Source: a virus (Duplodnaviria; Caudoviricetes). Taken from it: a stretch of DNA of 26,880 nucleotides. Under the pieces are notes generated by a model. The model saw nothing but the letters and a program-made list of their open reading frames with translations, was not told the origin of the DNA and searched no databases. Each line of letters opens with the position of its first letter. Position 1 is the stretch's first letter. The position numbers and the translations under genes were made by a program. The DNA is taken from the IMG/VR virus record IMGVR_UViG_3300049201_000036, positions 1-26,880 of that record. The stretch is one strand, 5' to 3'. Of the stretch, positions 14,617 to 22,743 are shown piece by piece.

Positions 14617-15272
14617 AGGGCACCTCCTTCCACCCGCTTGAACTCCACGACCCACACGTTGGGATTCGCGTCCCACGAGCCGGCGCCGTTGATGGATTCC
14701 CAGAGGGCGCGGTAGGAGCGGCGCGGGTCGGTGAATGCCTCCACCGGGCCTCCGCTTACATCCTTGTTAGGGAAATAGTTTCTCCAGAACACGGAATCGC
14801 CGTGCATGACACGCTCAATGCCCTCAGCCACCGCGTCCGCCTCGCTGATGTCCTGCAACCGCTCCACGCGGACGGAGGTGATTTCGAGGGTGATGCGGGA
14901 GGCGAAGCGGGGCATGTGAATCGATGGACGCCAGCGGAACACGGCGCGCAGGTCCCCACCTTCGTCGTCCGCCGGATAGCTGACATGGTAGCCATCAGGA
15001 AGCGCCTTCGGGATGCCCTTGGCGTAGTCGTAGGCGATACCCTCGCCGTCGTAGAGTCCCCAAGTTTCGCGGACCCAGAGCGTATCGCCGGGGGCGCCGT
15101 AGGGGCAGGGCAATTGATCCAGCGGAACGGGGTGGTCGCCGTTGAGGGACCATCCCTCCTCCCACTCGACAAGGTCGCCCTTGAGGATCCGCCGCGTCTG
15201 CCCCTTCGGGTCGATCTCGCGGAGCAACGCGCGCACCATCGGCGCGGAAAATAAAATGGGCCGGGATTTCAC
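14613..15272 (-). CDS. Conserved phage protein (RPILFSAPMVRA / WRPSIHMPR family, ASCH-like)
   Basis: CPYGAPGDTLWVRETW, SRITLEITSVRVERLQDISEADAVAEG and WDANPNVWVVEF; GTG start with AGGAGG RBS. Confidence 0.85.
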   Translation of the reverse strand: MKSRPILFSAPMVRALLREIDPKGQTRRILKGDLVEWEEGWSLNGDHPVPLDQLPCPYGAPGDTLWVRETWGLYDGEGIAYDYAKGIPKALPDGYHVSYPADDEGGDLRAVFRWRPSIHMPRFASRITLEITSVRVERLQDISEADAVAEGIERVMHGDSVFWRNYFPNKDVSGGPVEAFTDPRRSYRALWESINGAGSWDANPNVWVVEFKRVEGGAL

Positions 15273-15943
15273 GAGGCACCTCCTTTCGCGTCGGCATCCG
15301 CTGCGGTCGCTTTCCATTCGCCGATTGGGGCGAGATTAAAACGGGCTCGCGCCTCGTTGTAGCGGACGGCGAACGCGAAAAGCTCGGCTTCGAGTTTCTC
15401 GGTAAATTCATCCCGCACCACGCGCAGGTGAAACGGGGCAGCGTGGCGCGCATAGCTGAAGAAGTCCCACCACGGGCGGCCAGTCACGGCGAGGTAGCCG
15501 TGAACCTGGCACTTGTAGTCCGCCGGCAATACACCGGCGCGGACGTAGCCGATGTGAGTCGAGAGGTTGGGGCACTTGATTTCGACGCCGCCGGACTCGC
15601 CGACGATGGCATCAGGCGATCCGCCGAAAAGCCCGCTGTCGTGCATGACGAAGCCGACCTCCGAAAGCGGTTCCTTGGCGTGCTCCAGCTCGTAGCAACA
15701 CCGCGCCTCCGCCTCGAGCTTAACGCCCTCTTCCATATCGGGCGACATGAACGACGGCTTCAGCAGGCCCTCGGCAGGCGGGAGGATACTCTCGGCGACC
15801 AGCTCGTTAATGAGCTTGTCCTGCGCCGTGGAAGGCTGGCCCTTGGCGGCGGTCAGGATCTGGTCGAAGCGGCTGGCGGTGGGCACGCCGCGGCGGATAG
15901 TGAACCACTCCTCGGAGCGCTGGTTGAGGTTGTAGACCTTCAC
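15269..15943 (-). CDS. YqaJ / lambda-exonuclease-family recombination nuclease
   Basis: QRSEEWFTIRRGVPTAS, GGSPDAIV, VEIKCP and YKCQVHG motifs. Confidence 0.92.
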   Translation of the reverse strand: MKVYNLNQRSEEWFTIRRGVPTASRFDQILTAAKGQPSTAQDKLINELVAESILPPAEGLLKPSFMSPDMEEGVKLEAEARCCYELEHAKEPLSEVGFVMHDSGLFGGSPDAIVGESGGVEIKCPNLSTHIGYVRAGVLPADYKCQVHGYLAVTGRPWWDFFSYARHAAPFHLRVVRDEFTEKLEAELFAFAVRYNEARARFNLAPIGEWKATAADADAKGGAS

Positions 15944-16677
15944 TTGCCACCCCCGAGCTTACGGCGGAGCGCATCGCACACGTTGATGAACCGGCCGGCG
16001 TGGACTTCCTGCGCGCAGGTGGCCCCGGCGAACTTCCAGAAAGCTGCCTCGTTGAAGTCCGGGACCCCACGGGCTGCTTGGAGTAGGTCGGTAATCTGCC
16101 GAGTCTGCTCGTCGCTCACGAACACGGCTCCGGCCGCGTGGCCGTCGTCGTCGTCACCGGTCACAATGCCGAGGGCGGAGCACATGGCGTATCGTCGCGC
16201 ATAGGTGCTCGCGCTGCCCATCTGCTGCGCCTTGTTCTGCCCCTTGATCAGCTCGGGAACCGGGATGTCTTGGATGATTCGCTCCCCGTGGCCGTCGCGG
16301 TGGCGGAGTTGGCCTTCCACGCGACAAAGGCCTTCGCGTAGCTCGCACACCTGCCACGTGATCGAGAGTCCAAGCTGCGTCAGAAGCGGGCGGATGGTCC
16401 TCCAGATGCGGTCAAGGCGCGCATACTCTTTGTCATATGCCTTGTCTCCCTTTTCGATGATGGGGGCGCGGCGTTGAAATTCGGATACCGCGAGGTTGTA
16501 GGCCTTGCGGGCTTCGTCGGCTTCCCAATCGCGGCGGACGGCGAGAAGCTCGCGGAGGTATTCGGGACTCGCGCCGGTGCGCGTGGCCTCTTGGATGAGC
16601 GAGAGGACGCCAGTAGTGGCGCGATCCTCGCGAACGGCCAAAGCGTCAGACTTGACTGCGGTGTTTTCGGTAATCAT
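15940..16677 (-). CDS. erf: ERF-family single-strand annealing protein
   Basis: YARLDRI and AQQMGSASTYARRYAMCSALGIVTGDDDDG signature; paired with the exonuclease. Confidence 0.9.
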   Translation of the reverse strand: MITENTAVKSDALAVREDRATTGVLSLIQEATRTGASPEYLRELLAVRRDWEADEARKAYNLAVSEFQRRAPIIEKGDKAYDKEYARLDRIWRTIRPLLTQLGLSITWQVCELREGLCRVEGQLRHRDGHGERIIQDIPVPELIKGQNKAQQMGSASTYARRYAMCSALGIVTGDDDDGHAAGAVFVSDEQTRQITDLLQAARGVPDFNEAAFWKFAGATCAQEVHAGRFINVCDALRRKLGGGK

Positions 16678-16711
16678 GAGACAGGTTTTGTTGTAAGTTG
16701 ATAGTTTCCTT

Positions 16712-16746
16712 GAACGCCCCGGTTGACGCCGGGGCGTTCTGCTTTT
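16712..16746. terminator. GC-rich hairpin, probable intrinsic terminator or RNA processing site
   Basis: GAACGCCCCGG-ttgacg-CCGGGGCGTTC, an 11-bp stem followed by TGCTTTT on the plus strand; intergenic. Confidence 0.55.
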
Positions 16747-17459
16747 CAGGCGGTGGCGGGTTCAGTTCCGGGGATCGGCGATTGCTTCTCGGCCTTGTTT
16801 TTCTTCTGCGTCTCGCGCACCCAGCCCGGCAGCGTCTCGGCGTTTTCCGAGCGCAGCGGCATGATGATGCCGAAAAACTGGGGGTGGCTGGGGAATTGAA
16901 CAGTGATGGGGCGCTCGGCGCCAAACGTGCGGAGCGCGAGTCCGTATCCCTTTTCCCCTACGATGAGGCGCGCGGCCTTGCCGAAGTCCGCCAAGAGTTC
17001 GTGGCTGATGGTAATTTGCTGGATGCTTTCGGGCGCTCCGCCCGGGATAACCTCGCGCCATGCGGGGAACTGCGCGCCGTGCTCGGCTTCGATTCGGGTC
17101 GCCGTGTATCGCAGCTTTTCCGCGATGAAGTCGGCGTGCTTGGCGAACACCTCGACGGTTACGCAATCGGCAGGAGCGACCTTTGGCAGTTTCGCGCAGC
17201 CGTTCAGGTCCAAGAGGAGAACGTCGCGCTCGGGGATCTCGCCAAAAAGAGTCTCTTGAAGGATCTCGGTCGAGTAGCTGGCGAGGCGCCTTCCGTCGGT
17301 AGAGATTAGCGTGAGGTTGCAGTGGCCGCTGGGCGTCTTGGCGACTTCGAAGCAGGTGCAGAAAAGCGACAGGCGGGTTTCGTCGTCGCTCTGGAAAAGC
17401 GCCATCGCCTTGAGTAGACCGCGCGGGAGCTGGAATGAATACAGAGGATCGGATGACAT
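16746..17459 (-). CDS. Truncated DNA polymerase III beta-clamp-like protein
   Basis: DETR, ISTDGRRLA, FPAWREVIP and IIMPLR motifs match the middle and C-terminal domains of DnaN; only 237 aa. Confidence 0.7.
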   Translation of the reverse strand: MSSDPLYSFQLPRGLLKAMALFQSDDETRLSLFCTCFEVAKTPSGHCNLTLISTDGRRLASYSTEILQETLFGEIPERDVLLLDLNGCAKLPKVAPADCVTVEVFAKHADFIAEKLRYTATRIEAEHGAQFPAWREVIPGGAPESIQQITISHELLADFGKAARLIVGEKGYGLALRTFGAERPITVQFPSHPQFFGIIMPLRSENAETLPGWVRETQKKNKAEKQSPIPGTEPATA

Positions 17460-17567
17460 AAAGTTTTTCGGGCTGGTGATTACTTTCGGCTGATGCCGGT
17501 TTGTTTCGCCGCTGACTCGACGAGTTCGGGGGTGAGTTTCTTGCTCATGGCTAGGCGCGGGTGCGGG

Positions 17568-17789
17568 TTAGGGGCGCGAGCGAGGGCGGGACCTGCTGCC
17601 GGATGCGATTACAACGACCATCGCAATCCCGAGAATGACGATGGCTATGGCGGCGCTAATCCACAGCGGGCAGAGCACCCACCACCACGACCAATCGATT
17701 TTGCCGATCAGCTTGAGGGTGATGAATACGATGGTGAGAAGCCCGGCGAAACCGATTCCGCCAGCTGATGAATTTGATGAGTTGCTCAT
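17568..17789 (-). CDS. Small membrane protein
   Basis: GIGFAGLLTIVFITLKLIGKIDWSWWWVLCPLWI, two hydrophobic helices; a common phage family. Confidence 0.8.
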   Translation of the reverse strand: MSNSSNSSAGGIGFAGLLTIVFITLKLIGKIDWSWWWVLCPLWISAAIAIVILGIAMVVVIASGSRSRPRSRP

Positions 17790-17910
17790 GTTGTTGTAGT
17801 GGTTCCTTGATACGTTTACGCCCTTAATCCCCGGCTCTCTCATGGAGCGGCCGGGGCGGGTGCTGGGATGTATGTTTCGTTGAAGGCTTTTGTGGTTTGG
17901 CCCGTTATTT

Positions 17911-18207
17911 TTATTCGGGGCGCTGCGCCTCATGGTTTCCTTTCTGCTGAGTTTTGCCCAAAATGGTTTCACCGCCGGCCGCGTCGGCGCGGGGACCCTT
18001 CCCCTGGCTACGACGGTCGCCGCTCTCCTTTTCAGCGGCCAAGCCGGGCGCGGTCACGACGGTGAAAGTTGACGGCGGGACGATCCCGCCAAAGTTGCGA
18101 CGGCGGCTGAACCGGCGAAACGGCCGGCCGGGATGCAGCGGAACAGGCGCGCTCACGTCGCCTCCGCTCGCTGCTACGTCCGCTAGGTATTCGCCGAAGT
18201 CGCTCAT
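17911..18207 (-). CDS. Hypothetical protein (98 aa)
   Basis: ATGA overlap with the methyltransferase stop; no motifs recognised. Confidence 0.45.
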   Translation of the reverse strand: MSDFGEYLADVAASGGDVSAPVPLHPGRPFRRFSRRRNFGGIVPPSTFTVVTAPGLAAEKESGDRRSQGKGPRADAAGGETILGKTQQKGNHEAQRPE

Positions 18208-19202
18208 GTGGTCACGCGGTCGCCGCTGGCTTCGGTGAACGCTTGGATGAATTCCGCGGCGACTTGTGGAACGATAGCGTTGCCGTAACCGCGCAGTCGC
18301 ACCACGCGGGCGGGAACCCCATGAGCCAGCGGGAATGTGCCGGATTCAACGCGCCGCGTTTTTCCATCGGCGCAGGGGATGAGGTCGAATTGCGACCAGC
18401 TAGTAATACCTGAGATTCCCCCGGTTTTACCTGACACAGTGCCGCCTGCCGCGGGAGTTGGTCGAGCCGCAGACGCGTCGAGCCGTCCGGGTTGGTCCCC
18501 GTCGTGCTCATCCCCGGCGTGTCCTTCCAGTCTCTCGCCGACGGAGTCATCCATCCTACGAGCGAGGAGCACCCCGTCGCGGACTTCATGCTCCCATCCT
18601 TCGGAAGTTGGGCCCGGGCATCCGCAGTCGGCGAAGTCGGTGCCGCACAGGGGGCAGTTTCCATCTGCGTCGCACTCGTGATCGAAGACGACGCGCTGCC
18701 AGCCAATGCCGGCGCCCCAAAATAATCGCTGACGGATGTGCGGCGCGCCGACGCCCGCAGCGCACAAATCCGCCGCCCCGACGGCGTAACCCGCGTCTTC
18801 CAAGTCAGCGCATACTCCATCGAGCCAGCCGAGCCCAGCCGAGCTCGCAACCTGCTCGCCAAAGACGACTGGAGGCCGACACTCGCGGATGAGCCCAAAG
18901 AAGGTTGGCCAGAGGTGGCGGGGGTCGGCTCCGCCGAGACCTTTGCCAGCGTCAGAGAATGGCTGGCAGGGACAGGAGCCAGTCCACACAGGTCGAGCTG
19001 CTGGCCATCCTGCGAGTTGCAGGGCGAGACTCCATCCGCCGATGCCGGCGAAGAAGTGACATTGGATGTATCCAGAAAGTTCATTCGGTTTGATTTCGGT
19101 TATGCTGCGTTCGTCCACGTCGCCCGGCGGAATCAGACCTTGGCGGATCAGCTCGCGGAGCCATGCGGCGGCCTTCGGGTCGAACTCGTTGTAGTAGTTC
19201 AC
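18204..19202 (-). CDS. DNA (cytosine-5)-methyltransferase, large polypeptide
   Basis: Motif I FFAGIGG, IV GSCPCQPFS, VI GEQV, VIII PHIRQRLF and X LRGYGNAIVPQVA; GTG start at 19202 overlaps the upstream TGA. Confidence 0.92.
   Translation of the reverse strand: MNYYNEFDPKAAAWLRELIRQGLIPPGDVDERSITEIKPNELSGYIQCHFFAGIGGWSLALQLAGWPAARPVWTGSCPCQPFSDAGKGLGGADPRHLWPTFFGLIRECRPPVVFGEQVASSAGLGWLDGVCADLEDAGYAVGAADLCAAGVGAPHIRQRLFWGAGIGWQRVVFDHECDADGNCPLCGTDFADCGCPGPTSEGWEHEVRDGVLLARRMDDSVGERLEGHAGDEHDGDQPGRLDASAARPTPAAGGTVSGKTGGISGITSWSQFDLIPCADGKTRRVESGTFPLAHGVPARVVRLRGYGNAIVPQVAAEFIQAFTEASGDRVTT
18212..19084 (-). CDS. Alternative-frame polypeptide nested in the methyltransferase, carrying a motif IX-like segment (true start uncertain)
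   Basis: 290 open codons in a second frame with GWMTPSARDWKD, LDQLPRQA and GALNPAHSRWLMGFPPAW. Confidence 0.7.
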   Translation of the reverse strand: MNFLDTSNVTSSPASADGVSPCNSQDGQQLDLCGLAPVPASHSLTLAKVSAEPTPATSGQPSLGSSASVGLQSSLASRLRARLGSAGSMEYALTWKTRVTPSGRRICALRASARRTSVSDYFGAPALAGSASSSITSATQMETAPCAAPTSPTADARAQLPKDGSMKSATGCSSLVGWMTPSARDWKDTPGMSTTGTNPDGSTRLRLDQLPRQAALCQVKPGESQVLLAGRNSTSSPAPMEKRGALNPAHSRWLMGFPPAWCDCAVTATLSFHKSPRNSSKRSPKPAATA

Positions 19203-19378
19203 GGCTGGTCCTCCTCTTCGCCCTCGGTGTTGTCCGGGTAGCAGAAGGCGCAGATGACAAAGTAAACCCCGCCCATGACCCCGAACGCGAGGAACAGCAG
19301 CACGAGCAGCCAGCCGGCAAACGCCTCGGGGCTCAGCGCGCGAACCCAGTCGCACAGCGCGATGAAGGCGTCACGCAT
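19199..19378 (-). CDS. Small single-pass membrane protein (59 aa)
   Basis: Not in the ORF track; manual translation MRDAFIALCDWVRALSPEAFAGWLLVLLFLAFGVMGGVYFVICAFCYPDNTEGEEEDQP, with GGAGG RBS. Confidence 0.7.
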   Translation of the reverse strand: MRDAFIALCDWVRALSPEAFAGWLLVLLFLAFGVMGGVYFVICAFCYPDNTEGEEEDQP

Positions 19379-19688
19379 AGCGGGTGCCCTCCTGCTGCGC
19401 GGTGCGTGCTACGGTCTTCCGGCGGAGATAGTCGCGCAGGCCGCACTCAAAGACGTGAGCTGAATTGTCGTAGCACGCGACCGGATACAGCTCTTGACGT
19501 CCGATCATTGCGGCTACCTCGAAAACGTCGCGGGCGATCAGCGCGGACGCGTTGCAGATCGTGAGCCGGCGAGCGGTCTCGAGCTCGTGCTGCTTCCCGA
19601 GCGAGTCCTGCCAGATTGGGCCCTTGTCGCCGATGAGCAGGCCGGGGCAGTTGCCTAGGGCGGTGATGAGTTCGGCGTGCGCGCTCAT
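19371..19688 (-). CDS. Hypothetical protein (105 aa)
   Basis: GGAGG RBS and overlaps with both neighbours. Confidence 0.7.
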   Translation of the reverse strand: MSAHAELITALGNCPGLLIGDKGPIWQDSLGKQHELETARRLTICNASALIARDVFEVAAMIGRQELYPVACYDNSAHVFECGLRDYLRRKTVARTAQQEGTRYA

Positions 19689-19879
19689 GGTTTCGCCTCC
19701 TGCTTCACCGGCACGAAACAGCGCATCGTCTCCGCCTCAGTCGTCGCAATTGGCGCACCCGGACCGCCCCACCAGCGCTCTGCGTTATCGCGAACAGCAT
19801 CGGTCAGCGCGCGCTCGCAGTTTCCAGCCTTCGCGCAGCCGGTCGCGGTGCAGAATGTTTTGCCGGCGTAGCAGATCAT
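19685..19879 (-). CDS. Small Cys-rich protein (MICYAGKTFC...)
   Basis: C-x6-C-x4-C-x5-C pattern; AAGGAGG RBS and ATGA overlaps. Confidence 0.7.
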   Translation of the reverse strand: MICYAGKTFCTATGCAKAGNCERALTDAVRDNAERWWGGPGAPIATTEAETMRCFVPVKQEAKP

Positions 19880-21378
19880 CGTCCGCCCTCCTTCGCGGCC
19901 TGCATCGCGGCGCGTCCACAGCCCTCGCGGACACAACCAACAGGAACAAGCCCGCACTCGGGGCAGTAACCCAGTTCCATCATGGCGTTCAGGTTCTGGG
20001 CCATGTGCCACGGATCATCGGTGCGGGCGAACCTCACCATCTCCTCGGTAACGCGCTGAGATGGCGGACGGACCGCATTCGACTGCCCGGCGCCCGTGTC
20101 GACTCCCGCGCCGTTTTTCGACAGGTCGGCCGGACGTGTTGATGATGTGGATACGTTGCCGCCGAGCTTCTCCCGGAGCCTCAGGATTTCCAAGAGCAGC
20201 GTCAGCACCCATTGCTGTTCCGGGCAGTCCTTAAATGCCGCGGTGATTGCCTCTGCGGTTCCGTAGATCTCAACCTTGCCGTCCTGAACTTGCGCCAAGG
20301 GGGCCGGAAATACTGTGTCGTCCGTTACCTTAAAGCCCCATGCGCCGGTTTCGGTTGGCGAAGCATCATCGAGAAAGCGAACGGCTGTCGGCGTGCCCTT
20401 AGCGGGGCCGATAATCTTGGTTTGTGGGGCCGGCGTGGATACGTTGGCCGCAGTCGCGCCGCCGTTGTCGGCGAGGGCGGCGTCCAATGCGGCAATTGCA
20501 CGCCTCATGCGGGCGTCGTCTCCATCGGGACCGACCCGATTGCCGGTTCGCTCAAACAGCAGCGCCTTCCCCGCCGCGACGAGGCGCTTGATGGCGAAGA
20601 AGTCGTGAACGATCTGCTCAGGAAGTAGCTTCGCTTGATCCTGCTTCCGCACCCACTCGGTAAGGCGCTCCACGCGGCACGCATACCACTGCTTAGAATG
20701 CTCCAATGATTCGGTCAGCTCGGACACGCGTGCGCGCAGGGCGTCGCGGTCAGCGGCCAAGTCACGAATGTCCTGCCAGAGTTCCTTTTTGGGGTCGGGG
20801 TAGCCAGCGGCGAGCAAAACGTCGCCCGCGCTGTTTACCTCCGCATCCCGCTCGGCGAGCTGCTGGCGCAGGGCGGTGATCTCCGCGTGGTCGCGAGCCG
20901 TGTTGTCTGCTGCTGTCTGCTGGTCTAGCTGCGCGCGCGCCTCAACTTCCCGCAGCCGCTTGAGCTCCTCGCCCATCGTGGCGGGCGTCTTGGCGCAAAC
21001 GATAGCTGCGCGCTCAAGGTCTGCGGTGGTGAATTCTGCCTCTGCTGGATCGAATCCGGATTCAGCTATAACGACCTTTCGGTGGCCGCCTTTCGGCAAT
21101 ATCCATGTTGCCCACTCGGCGCGAAAAGGTTCCAGCGCGTCCCGCAGCTCCGCGCACAGCGCGCGCATCGCGTCGTTCGCCTCCTTCGCGATTTGCTCGC
21201 GCGCACGCAGGTCCTGATTGCGAATGCGCAGGTCGTCGTTCTCCCGCTGCATCATCTCCGTGATCCGCGCCGGCGTCGCCAGCGGTGGAAAATTCGCCGA
21301 CACTCCCGCTCCTGTCGTCGCAATATCCACCATTGCCGTGCCGAGATTGCCGCCTGCTCCAGTGTTGTTGTTGCTCAT
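19876..21378 (-). CDS. Mosaic coiled-coil phage early protein (500 aa)
   Basis: Long ORF with heptad-rich segments, modular junctions and a C-terminal CPEC; AAGGA RBS. Confidence 0.75.
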   Translation of the reverse strand: MSNNNTGAGGNLGTAMVDIATTGAGVSANFPPLATPARITEMMQRENDDLRIRNQDLRAREQIAKEANDAMRALCAELRDALEPFRAEWATWILPKGGHRKVVIAESGFDPAEAEFTTADLERAAIVCAKTPATMGEELKRLREVEARAQLDQQTAADNTARDHAEITALRQQLAERDAEVNSAGDVLLAAGYPDPKKELWQDIRDLAADRDALRARVSELTESLEHSKQWYACRVERLTEWVRKQDQAKLLPEQIVHDFFAIKRLVAAGKALLFERTGNRVGPDGDDARMRRAIAALDAALADNGGATAANVSTPAPQTKIIGPAKGTPTAVRFLDDASPTETGAWGFKVTDDTVFPAPLAQVQDGKVEIYGTAEAITAAFKDCPEQQWVLTLLLEILRLREKLGGNVSTSSTRPADLSKNGAGVDTGAGQSNAVRPPSQRVTEEMVRFARTDDPWHMAQNLNAMMELGYCPECGLVPVGCVREGCGRAAMQAAKEGGR

Positions 21379-21458
21379 GTTGTGTTGTTCCTTCTCGAAA
21401 TTTTCGCCCGCGTTTTGGCTCCGTTGACGCGGAGGCGGGCGGTGATTGGGTGGGGGCG

Positions 21459-21740
21459 CTAAGCTGCCGCCGACATGTGTCGCGCCATGTAGGCGTCGAA
21501 GTCGGAGCGGCGATAAATGCGGATGCCCTTTTTCGCGCCCTTGGTGGTCTTCTTGTAGAAAGAGGGGAGTCGCTCAGCGGGGTCCGGATCCGTCGCCCAA
21601 CTGGCAGCAGTCTCCGCCGAGATGCCGTAGATCTCGGTTACGTCTCGCGGCCGAAGCCAGACGGCGCGCTCGAGGTCGCGGAGCTTGCGGCGACGCTGGA
21701 CCGGCGGAACGTCGCGGAGGGTGGGGGATGCCTCGCTCAT
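21459..21740 (-). CDS. Excisionase/AlpA-like HTH protein
   Basis: WLRPRDVTEIYGISAETAASW...IYRRSDFDAYM pattern. Confidence 0.75.
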   Translation of the reverse strand: MSEASPTLRDVPPVQRRRKLRDLERAVWLRPRDVTEIYGISAETAASWATDPDPAERLPSFYKKTTKGAKKGIRIYRRSDFDAYMARHMSAAA

Positions 21741-21913
21741 CGCTGATCCTCCGCGGAGTCGTAACGCGCGCTGTCCTGCTCAAGCAGCCGGAGCGCTTTG
21801 ATCAGGATCCAAGCAACCACGGAGAAGGCTAGGACCGCGAGAACGACGAGGGACGCGAGCGCGAATGGATTCAGGCCGGCGACCCAGTCGACGAGGGCTA
21901 GTGTGGTGCTCAC
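21737..21913 (-). CDS. Small single-pass membrane protein (58 aa)
   Basis: Not in the ORF track; GTG start, MSTTLALVDWVAGLNPFALASLVVLAVLAFSVVAWILIKALRLLEQDSARYDSAEDQR; overlaps both neighbours. Confidence 0.7.
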   Translation of the reverse strand: MSTTLALVDWVAGLNPFALASLVVLAVLAFSVVAWILIKALRLLEQDSARYDSAEDQR

Positions 21914-22227
21914 GCTGCGCCTCCCGTGGCTTTGGCGATGGCGGCGCGGGCGGCGGCCAGCGCGTCGACTGCATCGTTGTGGCGGATGCCGAAGACATCG
22001 CCGTCAGCTTTGGAATTGAATGCCGCTTCCAGCGCGTCACGCGCCGAGATCAACGCAGATACGAGCTCTGGTGCGGCGGCAATCAGGCGAGCGTTGGCGT
22101 GGTAAGTCTCGCGCGAAACGTAGCCATGCCGCACGGTGCAGATTCGCGCATCCTTCGTCATGATGTCGCGATAGCTGCCTTGGTCGTAGGACATTTCCCA
22201 AGGGCCGGGCGTGTGGGCGGTGCTCAT
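21910..22227 (-). CDS. Conserved phage protein (HTPGPW...ANARLIAAAPEL family)
   Basis: Characteristic motifs and AGGAGG RBS. Confidence 0.85.
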   Translation of the reverse strand: MSTAHTPGPWEMSYDQGSYRDIMTKDARICTVRHGYVSRETYHANARLIAAAPELVSALISARDALEAAFNSKADGDVFGIRHNDAVDALAAARAAIAKATGGAA

Positions 22228-22436
22228 GATGCACCTCCTGCTAAGCTGCCCTTAGCGCTAGCCGCGTGGGCCTGCCGAGAGCGGGGGCCGCACATCGGGA
22301 TGATGTCCTTCATGGTCATCCATGAGGTGTCCGCTAGCGGCGCGGGCTTCGCGTCTCCGCGGGCGAGTCGGGCGGCATCGACGGCCGCTTGGCGCGGCTC
22401 CGTATAGGAAAGCTGGCGGCAGGTGTCGGCGCTCAT
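22224..22436 (-). CDS. Hypothetical protein (70 aa)
   Basis: AAGGAGG RBS and ATGA overlaps. Confidence 0.6.
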   Translation of the reverse strand: MSADTCRQLSYTEPRQAAVDAARLARGDAKPAPLADTSWMTMKDIIPMCGPRSRQAHAASAKGSLAGGAS

Positions 22437-22624
22437 GCGGCCGCCTCCTTCGCGCGCTGGTTGATGGTGGCGGCGATGATCTCCTCGGGCTTGCTGTTCG
22501 CCTCAAGGAAGCAGGCAACGGCAGCGCGGATGATGTCGGCCTTGCGAATACCGGTTTTCTTCGCGGCTTGGTTGAGGGTTTTTTGCTGAGTCGGACTCAG
22601 GCGAATTCCCATTGTGGCGCTCAT
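22433..22624 (-). CDS. Ribbon-helix-helix regulator in the Cro-like position
   Basis: TMGIRLS beta strand followed by two helices (LNQAAKKTG, KADIIRAAV); first gene of the early operon. Confidence 0.8.
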   Translation of the reverse strand: MSATMGIRLSPTQQKTLNQAAKKTGIRKADIIRAAVACFLEANSKPEEIIAATINQRAKEAAA

Positions 22625-22737
22625 GTGGTGCCACGATGCGCCACAACGTGCCACAATCAACACCGGAAAATCCCCTATGTTTTAACACACCTATTACTAG
22701 TATCTTATCGCCTATCTGTGCCACAACGCGCCACAAG
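22611..22737. promoter_or_regulatory. Divergent promoter region with six 10-bp operator-like repeats (GYGCCACAAN)
   Basis: Direct copies at 22628 (one mismatch), 22638, 22648, 22718 and 22728 and an inverted copy at 22611-22620, around an AT-rich spacer. Confidence 0.8.
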
Positions 22738-22743
22738 GGGACT

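Noticed and set aside
53-22407. Long plus-strand ORFs such as 2728-3822, 10490-11377 and 15428-16204
   Set aside because: They are antisense shadows of well-supported minus-strand genes in GC-rich DNA and show no motifs.
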